Shown here: positions 1 through 8,674 of the stretch, one piece after another
Position numbering within the stretch: the stretch's first letter is position 1
Layout: the number at the start of each line of letters is the position of its first letter
The notes under the pieces: model-generated
Databases searched by the model: none
What the model was told of the DNA's origin: nothing
The model's input: the letters and a program-made list of their open reading frames with translations, nothing else
Source: Planctomycetota bacterium
GTDB taxonomy: Bacteria; Planctomycetota; B15-G4
Length of the DNA: 64,000 bases
Reading direction: 5' to 3'
Assembly: GCA_029259745.1 (NCBI GenBank)
Contig: JAJDEO010000041.1
Span: 19,374-83,373, forward strand
Translations under genes and position numbers: made by a program

Positions 1-313
1 TGACGAGGAGACGCGGCACGAGACCTCGGATGACGCGCGCCGCAAGGAGTGCGAGGGCGCCGGCCCACGCGCCGAGCACATTGGGGTTCGCGAAGGGACC
101 AACGGGACGCCAGGCCACGAGCGATTCGGCGGCCACGGCGTCGCGCGCCTCGGTCGCGACGAGCAGCGTGAGGCTCGCCGCCAGCGCGACGATGAACACG
201 GGCGCCGCGCGCAGCCCGCCGGCATGTCCGAACACGCGCCGCGCCGCGAGGAAGACGAGCCCGTGCCCGAGACCCGTCGCCGCCGTCCACTGCACCTGGA
301 GCACGTCCGCACT
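1..313 (-). CDS. Membrane protein, partial (continues beyond the window start). It is in the same frame as the upstream 326..583 ORF but separated from it by one in-frame TGA.
   Basis: The minus-strand frame has very high GC3 and translates to repeated hydrophobic helices (…QVQWTAATGLGHGLVFLAARRVFGHAGGLRAAPVFIVALAASLTLLVATEARDAVAAESLVAWRPVGPFANPNVLGAWAGALALLAAR…). The plus-strand ORFs here (30..407, 224..733) are R/E/D-rich antisense artefacts. A possible GTG start lies near 313. Confidence 0.35.
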
Positions 314-325
314 CTGCAGCGACGT

Positions 326-583
326 CACGCGCCAGGTGCTGAACGCGAGCGCGACGAGCGCGATGACCGTTGTGATCTCCGGGAACGCGAGCGCGACGCG
401 GCTCTGACCCCGGCGCGTGACGAGCCCCAGCGCCGTGAACCCGAGGAACGCGGCGGCGAACAGCAGGTGCGCGGTCCACGGGTTCGCGGCCGCCGCCGGG
501 ACGAGCGGCGCGACGACGGCATAGACGAACAGCACGACGAACACCGAGCGCCGCTCGAGCGACGACGGCGTCGAGTCGTTCAC
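326..583 (-). CDS. Small membrane protein of about 85 aa with two predicted TM helices. It may be the N-terminal part of a larger membrane protein gene interrupted by an in-frame TGA at 326-328.
   Basis: The GTG at 583 overlaps the GT39 stop (GTGA junction). GC3 is high. The translation reads VNDSTPSSLERRSVFVVLFVYAVVAPLVPAAAANPWTAHLLFAAAFLGFTALGL… and there is no ATG start. Confidence 0.3.
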
Positions 584-2448
584 TTCACCGCTCGCCACCA
601 GACGTACGCAACGTCCGCGGACGACTCGGCGAGGCTCCAGACCCCGCCGCACTCGAGCCGGCCGTCGAGCCACAGCGCGCCCTCGCGCGCGTCGGTCGGC
701 GCGAGTTCACGCGGCGTGACGACGTACTCGTAGCCCTGGTCGAGCCAGTATCGGAGCGACGCGGCGAAGAGCACCTCATCGCCATCCGCGGTGACGGTTG
801 CGATCGGCAGGCGCACGAGATCGGGAACGTCCTCGGCGAGGAAGAAAATCGGTGCGATCACGCGCTCGCCGCCCTCGGCTTCGATGAGCTCCCAGACGTT
901 CTTCGTCGTGAGCGCATGAGCTTCGTCGATCACTTCCTTGTGCTGGCCGAAGTAGTCCGGAGCGAAGTCCGTCGAGAAGTACGCGGTCTGCGGACGCGGC
1001 TGGACGTCGACGAGCGAGAGCCCCACGAGCCCGAACGCGAACATGCTCGCGAGCGCCGCCGGCACGACGCCGAGGATGAACCACGGGGCCACGGAGACCG
1101 AGGCCACGACCGAGCGCTTCTCGCGCGTCAGCGTACGCAGCGCGAGTGGAATGGCGTAGACGATCGCGCCGACGACGAGCAGCGTGTACCAGCGTTCGGG
1201 CTTCGGCTCGTCGGCCGTGCCCATGACGTCGTCGGCGGTGACGACGAGCAACGCCGTCCAGACCATCAGCGCCGCGCCGCGCATCCAACCGGCGAACTTG
1301 TCCGAACGCAGCGTCAGGCCGTGGATGCCGAGCGCGACGACGAGCGGCGTCAGCGGCACGAGGTAGCGCAGCTTCGTCGCGGGCCAGACGACCGACACCG
1401 CCACGAGCACGACGAGCGTGACGATCAACGCCACGGCGCGACGGTCGCCCACCTTCACACCGCGCAGGAACGCCGGCACGCTCGAGGCCGTGGCCAAGGC
1501 CATCGTGACCGGCCAGGCGAAGAGCCCCGTGACGAACAGGTAGAGCACGTTCGACGCGAGCCAGCTCTTCACGCCGCCCGTCATCAGCGCGAGCCACGGC
1601 ACCTCACTCGGGAAGCGCGCGACGGGCCCGGTTGCCTCCACCGCGATCTCGGGGACCACGCCGAGCCGGTAAAGCAGATACAGCGGGTTGACCGAGTACG
1701 TCGCGCTGCCGAAGAGTTCGATGTTGCGCCACCACCACGGCGCCTGGCACAGCACGGCGACGGCCACGGCACCGAGACCGACACCGAGAGCTCGACCGAC
1801 GGCGGTGCTCTCGGTACGTCCCCGCGCGCGCGCCGTGAGCAGCAGCGTCACGAACGGCACAGGCAGCAGCACGAGGCACTGGTAGTTCAGGAGCCAAAGG
1901 GCACCGAGCACGACGCCGAGCTTGAGCAACGACGGGCGCGCCGCGCCGAGCAGGTCGACGAGCAGCACGACGCCAAGCGCCTGGGCCGCGTAGAGCGAGC
2001 CGTTGCCCGCCGCATCGACGGCGACGAAGCTCAGCGCGACGAGCGCCGTCGCCAGCGCAGGCAAACCGTCGGGTGCACCGACGCCGCTCTCCGTGAGGCG
2101 ATCGACGAGTTTCCACGTCATGACGAGCAACAGCAGCGCCGCGACGAACGACGCGCTGCGGAGCCCCGTGAAGGGATCGACGCCGAAGAGCGTTGCGAAG
2201 CCGGCACCGATCAGCGGCCACAGCGGCGCGTGCTGATCGGCGAGGTCCTGCGGGAACACCTCGCCTTCACCGACGGCGAAGGCCGTGCCGCGCTCGAAGC
2301 CCGCCGCGAACCCCTCCCCCGCCATCAAACTGCGCGCCACGCCGACATCGAGCAGCACGTCACCGCGCGGGTCGTCGTGGTGGCCGAAGACGGACACTCG
2401 CAGCACCACTCCCGCCACGATGACGGCCAGGCAGAGCCAGACTCTCAC
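580..2448 (-). CDS. Glycosyltransferase family 39 (PMT/ArnT-like) integral membrane glycosyltransferase
   Basis: The 622-aa ORF has more than 10 predicted TM helices. Its N-terminus carries a DD motif (VFGHHDDPRGDVLLDVGVARSL) typical of the PMT_2/GT-C fold, and it has a soluble C-terminal domain. The start overlaps the upstream gene. Confidence 0.7.
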   Translation of the reverse strand: MRVWLCLAVIVAGVVLRVSVFGHHDDPRGDVLLDVGVARSLMAGEGFAAGFERGTAFAVGEGEVFPQDLADQHAPLWPLIGAGFATLFGVDPFTGLRSASFVAALLLLVMTWKLVDRLTESGVGAPDGLPALATALVALSFVAVDAAGNGSLYAAQALGVVLLVDLLGAARPSLLKLGVVLGALWLLNYQCLVLLPVPFVTLLLTARARGRTESTAVGRALGVGLGAVAVAVLCQAPWWWRNIELFGSATYSVNPLYLLYRLGVVPEIAVEATGPVARFPSEVPWLALMTGGVKSWLASNVLYLFVTGLFAWPVTMALATASSVPAFLRGVKVGDRRAVALIVTLVVLVAVSVVWPATKLRYLVPLTPLVVALGIHGLTLRSDKFAGWMRGAALMVWTALLVVTADDVMGTADEPKPERWYTLLVVGAIVYAIPLALRTLTREKRSVVASVSVAPWFILGVVPAALASMFAFGLVGLSLVDVQPRPQTAYFSTDFAPDYFGQHKEVIDEAHALTTKNVWELIEAEGGERVIAPIFFLAEDVPDLVRLPIATVTADGDEVLFAASLRYWLDQGYEYVVTPRELAPTDAREGALWLDGRLECGGVWSLAESSADVAYVWWRAVK

Positions 2449-3332
2449 GCGTCGTCCTCCTGATCTTCGTCGAAGTCGGGCGTCCCGATCTCGTCGGCAC
2501 GTCGGGCATCCTGCCAGTCGTCGTAGAGCGGATCGAGGTCGCGGATGTCCGCGCCTGCCTCGAGCCGCGCGAGCACGTCGCGCAGCGGAGTGACGATCAG
2601 CAGCGCTTCACGCGGACTCTCTGCGCGCACCGAGGCAAGCCGCCGCTCGGCCTCCGAGAGATCGCGGCGCGCGGCGCGCACGGCTCGGTCGGTGAAGAGC
2701 GATCGCAGGCCGCGCTCCACGAGCAACCGACCGAGCACCATCATGTCGAAGGTGTCCTCGGCGTCGGCGTGGCGCAGGTGCTCGATGGCGATCTCGGTGG
2801 GCGTGTCGCCGTAGCGACGCTCGACGGCGAGGGCGAAGCCAGGGTCGCGATCGCGACGTGCAACGATGAGCTGACCGAGCGCCGAGTGAAGCCGCGCCGA
2901 GTCGTGCAGGTCGAGGCCCTGCTCGAGGAGTTCGAGCCCCGCGTCGACGATCGCGTCCTTGCGCCGTGGGTCGGACGTGCGGCGCGCCTCCGACGCGATG
3001 AGCTGATAGGCGAGGTACTCGCGCACGTCGTCGAAGCCGGGATGCAGCTCGAGCAGCGCTCGCGCAAGGAGCTCGATCTCGCGACTCTCGCCGCGCTTCT
3101 GCTCGCGGTCGAGACGCGTCCACAACGCCGCCGACGCGATCGCCTTGATGGGTCCGAGCGGTGCCAGGGCGCGCGCGAGGGGTTCGGTGGGAAGGCGTTC
3201 GTCGCTCGCGTTCCGACTCGACACGAAAGCCGCAGCAGCGAGCAAGACGACACCCAGCGCCAAGCGCAGGCGTCGACGCCCGGCAAGCGCCACCGTCGCT
3301 CCGTCGACAACTCGCGACTGGGCGTCACTCAT
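2445..3332 (-). CDS. Hypothetical periplasmic protein with a signal peptide or anchor and an acidic C-terminal tail
   Basis: The ORF-track ORF 2445..3986 was trimmed because its first 218 aa are Arg-rich junk. The start MSDAQSRVV sits in an ATGA overlap with the stop of the upstream membrane gene (3329-3332). A hydrophobic segment LALGVVLLAAAAFV follows. The rest is helical-looking and ends DFDEDQEDDA. Confidence 0.55.
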   Translation of the reverse strand: MSDAQSRVVDGATVALAGRRRLRLALGVVLLAAAAFVSSRNASDERLPTEPLARALAPLGPIKAIASAALWTRLDREQKRGESREIELLARALLELHPGFDDVREYLAYQLIASEARRTSDPRRKDAIVDAGLELLEQGLDLHDSARLHSALGQLIVARRDRDPGFALAVERRYGDTPTEIAIEHLRHADAEDTFDMMVLGRLLVERGLRSLFTDRAVRAARRDLSEAERRLASVRAESPREALLIVTPLRDVLARLEAGADIRDLDPLYDDWQDARRADEIGTPDFDEDQEDDA

Positions 3333-4252
3333 GGCATCGCCTGCCTGCGCGCCAACGACACGCCAAAGACCGCCGTCACGACGAGCACCGCCATCCAAAC
3401 CGGCCACATCATCGGAGGGTCGATCCGGACCACCACCGCGAGCAAGCCCGCGAGGCACGCCGTCTCGAAGCGGAAAGCACTCGCGCCAGCGAGCACGGCG
3501 AAGAGCCCGAGCAGCAACGCCGTCATCCCGGTCTTCGAAAGCGGCAAGCGTGTCTGGCTCATCGGCCGCTCGCCGATCTCGAGCGTGGCCGGGGAAGACG
3601 TGAAGAGCACGCCATGACTCGCCCGCAGGGTGACAAAGAGGTCGCCCGTGGCAGGACGCATGTCGGGGATCGGGACGACGGCGCGGCGCTGGGCGACGAG
3701 CGGCTTGTCGATGAGCTGCGTCGAGCGACCGCGGCGGACGTCGACCGCGACGTGCCCGGTCGGCGCGGACGCCATGATGACGTCGAAGGCGAGATCGAAG
3801 GGGCCGCTGGCCTCTGAGGGCAGAGAGAAGCGCCACTCGACGGAGGCCGTCGTGCGCGCGACCTGCACGCCGACGACATCTTCGGGAACCGTGATCTGGC
3901 CCGCGACGAGGCGCGCCACGCCGGCCATGACGACGACGAGCCAGCCCGCGCCCGTTACGGCCCCGAACGTGCGTCCGAGCGTCCAACTCAGCGACGACAT
4001 CGGGCGCAGCGCAAGCACCTGCTCGAAGCCGCCCGCACGGTCGGCAGTGAGCTGCCCCGCGACGAGCGGCAGGACGAGCAGCGCCGCGAACACGGTGACG
4101 AGCGGCGTGAGCACCGTCGCGGCGAGCTCGGGCGACGGCATGCCCGCCACGAGGAGGCCGGCGAGCAATCCGGCAACGGCCGCGATCGTCAGCGAGCGCA
4201 GCGTGAGCATGCGCCGAAACGTGCTGCCCGCGATGACCGCCAGCGCGATCAC
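3329..4252 (-). CDS. Membrane protein, putative permease component of the adjacent ABC transporter
   Basis: The 307-aa protein has N-terminal TM helices, a central soluble domain of about 130 aa and two C-terminal TM helices. It starts with GTG one nucleotide after the ABC ATPase stop. Confidence 0.55.
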   Translation of the reverse strand: MIALAVIAGSTFRRMLTLRSLTIAAVAGLLAGLLVAGMPSPELAATVLTPLVTVFAALLVLPLVAGQLTADRAGGFEQVLALRPMSSLSWTLGRTFGAVTGAGWLVVVMAGVARLVAGQITVPEDVVGVQVARTTASVEWRFSLPSEASGPFDLAFDVIMASAPTGHVAVDVRRGRSTQLIDKPLVAQRRAVVPIPDMRPATGDLFVTLRASHGVLFTSSPATLEIGERPMSQTRLPLSKTGMTALLLGLFAVLAGASAFRFETACLAGLLAVVVRIDPPMMWPVWMAVLVVTAVFGVSLARRQAMP

Positions 4253-4253
4253 G

Positions 4254-4979
4254 TCAAGCGGCCTCGCTGCCGAGCAACGTCAGCAGGCCGTCACGCTCGT
4301 CGGCGCCGGACAGCAACTCATCGGCCTCGCCCTGGGCGACGATGCGTCCTTCGCGCAGGACGACGACGTGCGTGGCGAGATCGCGGAGATCCTCGATCCG
4401 GTGCGTCGCCATGAGCAGGCAGGCACCGAGCGCGACCTGCTCGCGAAGATGCGCGCGCACGTCGTGGATGACGAGCGAGTCGAGCGACGAGAAAGGTTCG
4501 TCGAGCAGCAGCAGCGGCGGACGGTCGAGCAGCGCCTGCGCCAGGAGCACGCGCCGTGACTGCCCCAGCGAGAGGGTGCCGAGGCGCCGATCGATGAGGC
4601 CATCGAGCCCCGTGATGCGGACGACGTCGAGCACGCGCTGACTCGCGCCCTTCACGGCCTGCAGCGCCGCGAGTTCATGCAGCACCGCGCCGACGCTCAG
4701 CGTGGGCGGCCAGCGCAGACGCTCGGGCGCATAGCCGATCGAACCGCGCAAGCTGCGTGCCCCGAGCGGCTGACCGAGCACCTGCGCCGTGCCGGCCAGC
4801 GGCGCGGCAAGACCGGCGAGGATCCTCAGCAGCGTCGACTTGCCCGAGCCGTTGGGACCCACGAGCCCCCAGCACTCGCCCGCTTGGACGTCGAGATCGA
4901 CGCCGGCGAGCGACGGTACGCGTCGCCCGAGACTGCGGCGGTAGGCATGTGTGAGTCCACGGATCTCGACGGCGGCCAT
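4254..4979 (-). CDS. ABC transporter ATP-binding protein
   Basis: It carries Walker A GPNGSGKST, the ABC signature LSLGQSRR, Walker B LLLLDEPFSSLD and an H-loop ATH. The ORF-track start at 5012 is TTG, so I used the ATG (MAAVEIRGL) at 4979. Confidence 0.85.
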   Translation of the reverse strand: MAAVEIRGLTHAYRRSLGRRVPSLAGVDLDVQAGECWGLVGPNGSGKSTLLRILAGLAAPLAGTAQVLGQPLGARSLRGSIGYAPERLRWPPTLSVGAVLHELAALQAVKGASQRVLDVVRITGLDGLIDRRLGTLSLGQSRRVLLAQALLDRPPLLLLDEPFSSLDSLVIHDVRAHLREQVALGACLLMATHRIEDLRDLATHVVVLREGRIVAQGEADELLSGADERDGLLTLLGSEAA

Positions 4980-5123
4980 CGGTCCAGCATACCCATCCGG
5001 CACGACGCGCAACGAGCCAGCAGACGCGCCGGAAACTCATTCGGTCGAGGACGCGTCATACGAGCAGCCGACTGGCCGTCCAGCCATCGCCCCGCGACGG
5101 ACAGCTGGAGTACCCTGTCGGCC

Positions 5124-5675
5124 ATGTGGACGCTCGAGACATCGACGGGAAAACGCATCGCCCTCACGCGCCTGCCCGCGATGGTCGGGAGTGCCGCCGA
5201 TGCCGACATCACGCTCGCCCACGAGTCGATCGACCCGATCCACGCGGCGCTGTCCGACACCGAAGACGGCCGCCTTCAGGTCGCGGCGATCGGCGATGCC
5301 GTCATCGGCATCGAGGGCGCACGGGTCGAGCGCGGGTCGCTCGCGGCCGGCGAGCAGCTCGTCATCGGCGTGATCGCCTTCACGGTGCACCACGCCGGCG
5401 CGGCGGCCCCGATCGAGCCCCAGCTCGCCACGCGCCGACGCCCCAGCGCGACGCGCCCGTCCCCCGCCTCGATGCCCACCGCGCGCGTCACGGCCGGTGC
5501 GGGCCGGCGCGGAACGGCGCTTCAGTTCAACGCCTACGAGAAGCGCCGCGGGCTCATCCACACCGACTTCTCGCAGCTCGACATCTGGGGCAAGCTGGTC
5601 GCGCTGCTGATCCTGCTCGCTCTCGTCGCCCTGCTCGGCTGGGGCATCAGCGTCGGCATCGCCTCCCTCATGTGA
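5124..5675 (+). CDS. FHA domain-containing membrane protein
   Basis: The start MWTLETSTGK is in frame within ORF 4677..5675. The FHA-like core reads GKRIALTRLPAMVGSAADADITLAHESIDPIHAAL…GDAVIGIEGARV. A C-terminal TM helix reads LVALLILLALVALLGWGISVGI. Confidence 0.7.
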   Translation: MWTLETSTGKRIALTRLPAMVGSAADADITLAHESIDPIHAALSDTEDGRLQVAAIGDAVIGIEGARVERGSLAAGEQLVIGVIAFTVHHAGAAAPIEPQLATRRRPSATRPSPASMPTARVTAGAGRRGTALQFNAYEKRRGLIHTDFSQLDIWGKLVALLILLALVALLGWGISVGIASLM

Positions 5676-6091
5676 CGTGCGCACTGCGTCGCGAGCTCGC
5701 CGTCGTGGCGGCTCGTGACGAAGCCCCCAGGCGCCCGACGCGCTGGCCGAAGACGGTGAAGCCTGACGATTTCGTTCGTCTGCGGTCAGCCCGTCCCGAT
5801 CGCGGGAGATCCGCGGACGTCCCCTCAGACCGCCGACTGCGGGCTCGTCGAGGCCTTCCAATGCCGCGAGTTGGCTCGTTGGGCGTCGCGACACGCTAAA
5901 TCACGTCGGCGAGGGGACCCGCGCGCCGCCGGTTTCCGTTCTCCTTCATGGGGGACGTCCTCTTCCTCCTCCGTGGACTCCCCCGCCCATGTGGCCGTCC
6001 CTCTGGTGTCATCCCGATCGCCAGGCCCGCTACACTCCGCCGGCTCCTTTCGAGCTCGCAATCCCCCGCAGTGACAACTGAGAGCCATCCG

Positions 6092-7324
6092 ATGAATCGC
6101 GCGAGTCTACCCCTCGTCGTGCTCCTCTTCGCAAGCCCCATCAACGACGCCAACCGCTCATGGAGCGAGGGCGCCGCAGACGACATGTTCGGTCACTCGG
6201 TCTCCGAGGCCGGCGACATCAACCAGGATGGCTTCAGTGATGTCATCGTGGGTGCGCCCGGCACGGAAGACCGCACGGGACGTGCCGTCGTCTACGACGG
6301 ACATGAAGACGAGATCGTGCACGATTGGAAAGGCGAGAACCCGGGTGACGAGTTCGGCTGGTCGGTGAGTACGGCAGGCGACATCGACGACGACGGCTTC
6401 GCTGATCTCGTCGTCGGCGCGCCGGGCTTCGACGACGACCGCGGCAAGGTCTACGTCTTCGACGGCAAGAAGAGTGAGATCATGTTCGAGATCGACGGTG
6501 ACGAACCCGGCGACCGCTTCGGGTTCTCCGTCAGCAACGCCGGCGACGTGAACAACGACGGCTTCGACGACATCGTCGTCGGTGCGCCGGGCAAGGACGA
6601 CAAGAAGTACGGCGAAGATGCTGGTCGCGCCTACGTCTTCTCGGGCAAGAAGGCCAAGAAGCTGCACGAGTTCAAGCCGCTCTCGGACTCCGAGCAGCTC
6701 GGCTGGAGCGTCGCCGACGCGGGCGACGTCAACATCGACGGATTCGGTGACGTCGTGCTCGGCGCCCCCGGCGCGCGCAAGAAGAAGAAGGATCCGCCGA
6801 CTGGTGCCGTGCGTCTCTACCACGGCAAGAAGGGCAAGCTGCTGCACACGATCTACGGCAACGAAGAGGGCGACCGCTTCGGACACGCCGTGCACGGAGC
6901 AGGCGACTGCAACGGAAACGGCGCGGCCGACATCGTGATCAGCGCCGACACGGCGGCGTCGTATGTGAAGATCATCGACGGCAAGAAGGCCGAGGAACTC
7001 TACACGCTCGAGACGCCGCGCGAAGGCATACGCTACGGGTGGTCGGTCGGATCGGCGGGTGACTTCGACGGAGACGCCTACGGCGACGTCGTGATCGGTG
7101 TTCCCGGCGGCAATGACAGCTTCAAGCCGTCCGTGATCGTCGTGTCGGGGAAAACCGGCGAGGAGCTGCGCACCCGCACGAGTGACGACCCCAGCAGCGG
7201 CTTCGGCATCTCCGTCTCCGGCGCGGGTGACCTCAACGCCGACAGCTTCAGCGAGATCGTCGTGGGCGCTGACGGCAAGGGCGACAAGCAGGGCTCTGCC
7301 TTCGTGTTCGACGCGAAGGACTGA
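6092..7324 (+). CDS. Secreted FG-GAP repeat protein (integrin-alpha-like beta-propeller)
   Basis: The signal peptide is MNRASLPLVVLLFASP. About 7 repeats of the form FGxSVSxAGDxNxDGFxDxxVGAPG (FG-GAP/Cage motif) follow. The ORF-track ORF was trimmed to this ATG. Confidence 0.8.
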   Translation: MNRASLPLVVLLFASPINDANRSWSEGAADDMFGHSVSEAGDINQDGFSDVIVGAPGTEDRTGRAVVYDGHEDEIVHDWKGENPGDEFGWSVSTAGDIDDDGFADLVVGAPGFDDDRGKVYVFDGKKSEIMFEIDGDEPGDRFGFSVSNAGDVNNDGFDDIVVGAPGKDDKKYGEDAGRAYVFSGKKAKKLHEFKPLSDSEQLGWSVADAGDVNIDGFGDVVLGAPGARKKKKDPPTGAVRLYHGKKGKLLHTIYGNEEGDRFGHAVHGAGDCNGNGAADIVISADTAASYVKIIDGKKAEELYTLETPREGIRYGWSVGSAGDFDGDAYGDVVIGVPGGNDSFKPSVIVVSGKTGEELRTRTSDDPSSGFGISVSGAGDLNADSFSEIVVGADGKGDKQGSAFVFDAKD

Positions 7325-7350
7325 CACATTCCGCAGGTGAGACCGAGAAC

Positions 7351-8664
7351 ATGAAGAAGTCGATGACCGCACTGGCCTGGATCTGCGCCGTCACCGTCGC
7401 CGCGGCACCGGGCGACGACCCCGAGAGTCGCGTCTGGCAAGGCGAGGGCGAAAAAGCCGACGAGCGGTACGGTGCGTCGGTTTCCACGGCCGGTGACTTC
7501 GACGCCGATCAGCGCGACGAGTACCTCATCGGCATCCCCGGTCACTCGAAGAAGGGCGTCGACGCAGGCGCCGTCGTGATCGTCTCGGGGCGCACCGGCA
7601 AGGTGCTCCACACGCTCTACGGCAAGAAGGCCGGCGACCGCTTCGGACATTCCGTCGACGGTCTGCGGGACGTCAACGCCGACGGTTTCGCTGACATCAT
7701 CGTCGGGGCGCCGGGACACAAGGACGGCACCGGCGCCGCGTATGTCTACCTCGGCAAGAAGGCCAAGGAGCGCGTCGTGCTCGAAGGGACGACCGTCGGC
7801 GAGCAGTTCGGCTGGAGCGTCTCGGCGGCCGGTGACATCAACCAGGACGGATTCTTCGACATCATCGTCGGATCGCCGAGCTACGACGGCGCGGCCGGCG
7901 ACGACTGCGGACGCGCGACCGTCTTCTCCGGCAAGTCGAAGGGCAAGAAGGCCATCGAACTCTACAGCTGGGAAGGCGAGACGCCCGGCGCGCAGTTCGG
8001 TTGGTCGGTGACGCACACCGAGAACATCTACCGCACGGACCTGGACACGACTCCGATCACGCAGCATGTCGCCGTCGGTGCGCCCGGAGCGGCGGCGAAG
8101 TCGGGCGGCGTCGCGAAGGGACTCGTCTACATGTACGACGGCCTCAACGGCGAGTTGCTGCGCACGATCGAAGGACGACGTAAGGGCCAGCGTTTCGGCC
8201 ACGCGATCCACGCCGCCGGCGACGCCAACAGCGACAGCTTCGGCGACCTCATCGTCGGCTCCGACTCCGTCCCCGGCGGGGCGGACCTCATCTCCGGTCG
8301 CAACGGCAAGGCCCTGCACCGCTTCGAACCCGAACGTCCCGACATGCGCTTCGGCTGGGCCGTCGGCGGCGGTGGCGACTTCGACAACGACAGCTTCGAC
8401 GACGTCGTCGTCAGTGCGCCGGGTGAGTTCAAACCCGGCGACACGACCGACCCCGATCGCGTGCCGTACGTGCGCGCCTACTCGGGCAAGACGGGCAAGC
8501 TACTGCTCGAGATGCGCGGCGGACCGCTCGAAGATCGCTTCGGAATCTCCGTCGCCGTCGCGGGCGACAACAACGTCGACCGCTACGACGAGATCATCAT
8601 CGGCGCCGACCAGATCGGTGTCCGCGCAGGCTTCGTCGAGGTGCACTCACTGCACCCCGAGTGA
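7351..8664 (+). CDS. Secreted FG-GAP repeat protein, a paralogue of the upstream gene
   Basis: The signal peptide is MKKSMTALAWICAVTVAAAP. It has the same FG-GAP repeat architecture as 6092..7324 and starts 26 nt downstream of that gene. Confidence 0.8.
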   Translation: MKKSMTALAWICAVTVAAAPGDDPESRVWQGEGEKADERYGASVSTAGDFDADQRDEYLIGIPGHSKKGVDAGAVVIVSGRTGKVLHTLYGKKAGDRFGHSVDGLRDVNADGFADIIVGAPGHKDGTGAAYVYLGKKAKERVVLEGTTVGEQFGWSVSAAGDINQDGFFDIIVGSPSYDGAAGDDCGRATVFSGKSKGKKAIELYSWEGETPGAQFGWSVTHTENIYRTDLDTTPITQHVAVGAPGAAAKSGGVAKGLVYMYDGLNGELLRTIEGRRKGQRFGHAIHAAGDANSDSFGDLIVGSDSVPGGADLISGRNGKALHRFEPERPDMRFGWAVGGGGDFDNDSFDDVVVSAPGEFKPGDTTDPDRVPYVRAYSGKTGKLLLEMRGGPLEDRFGISVAVAGDNNVDRYDEIIIGADQIGVRAGFVEVHSLHPE

Positions 8665-8674
8665 GCGCAGCGAC

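Noticed and set aside
916-2463. Long R/E/D/H-rich ORFs on the strand opposite real genes (for example 916..2463 +, 14027..16210 +, 43001..44770 +, 50792..54415 +, 3161..3817 +)
   Set aside because: They are low-complexity Arg/Glu/Asp-rich translations, typical of antisense frames of high-GC membrane and enzyme genes. The opposite strand carries convincing domain motifs and higher GC3.
5877-5905. A TTGGGC … TAAAT promoter-like pair upstream of the FG-GAP genes
   Set aside because: The hexamers are spaced only about 12 bp apart, so they do not fit sigma-70 geometry. It is probably chance.
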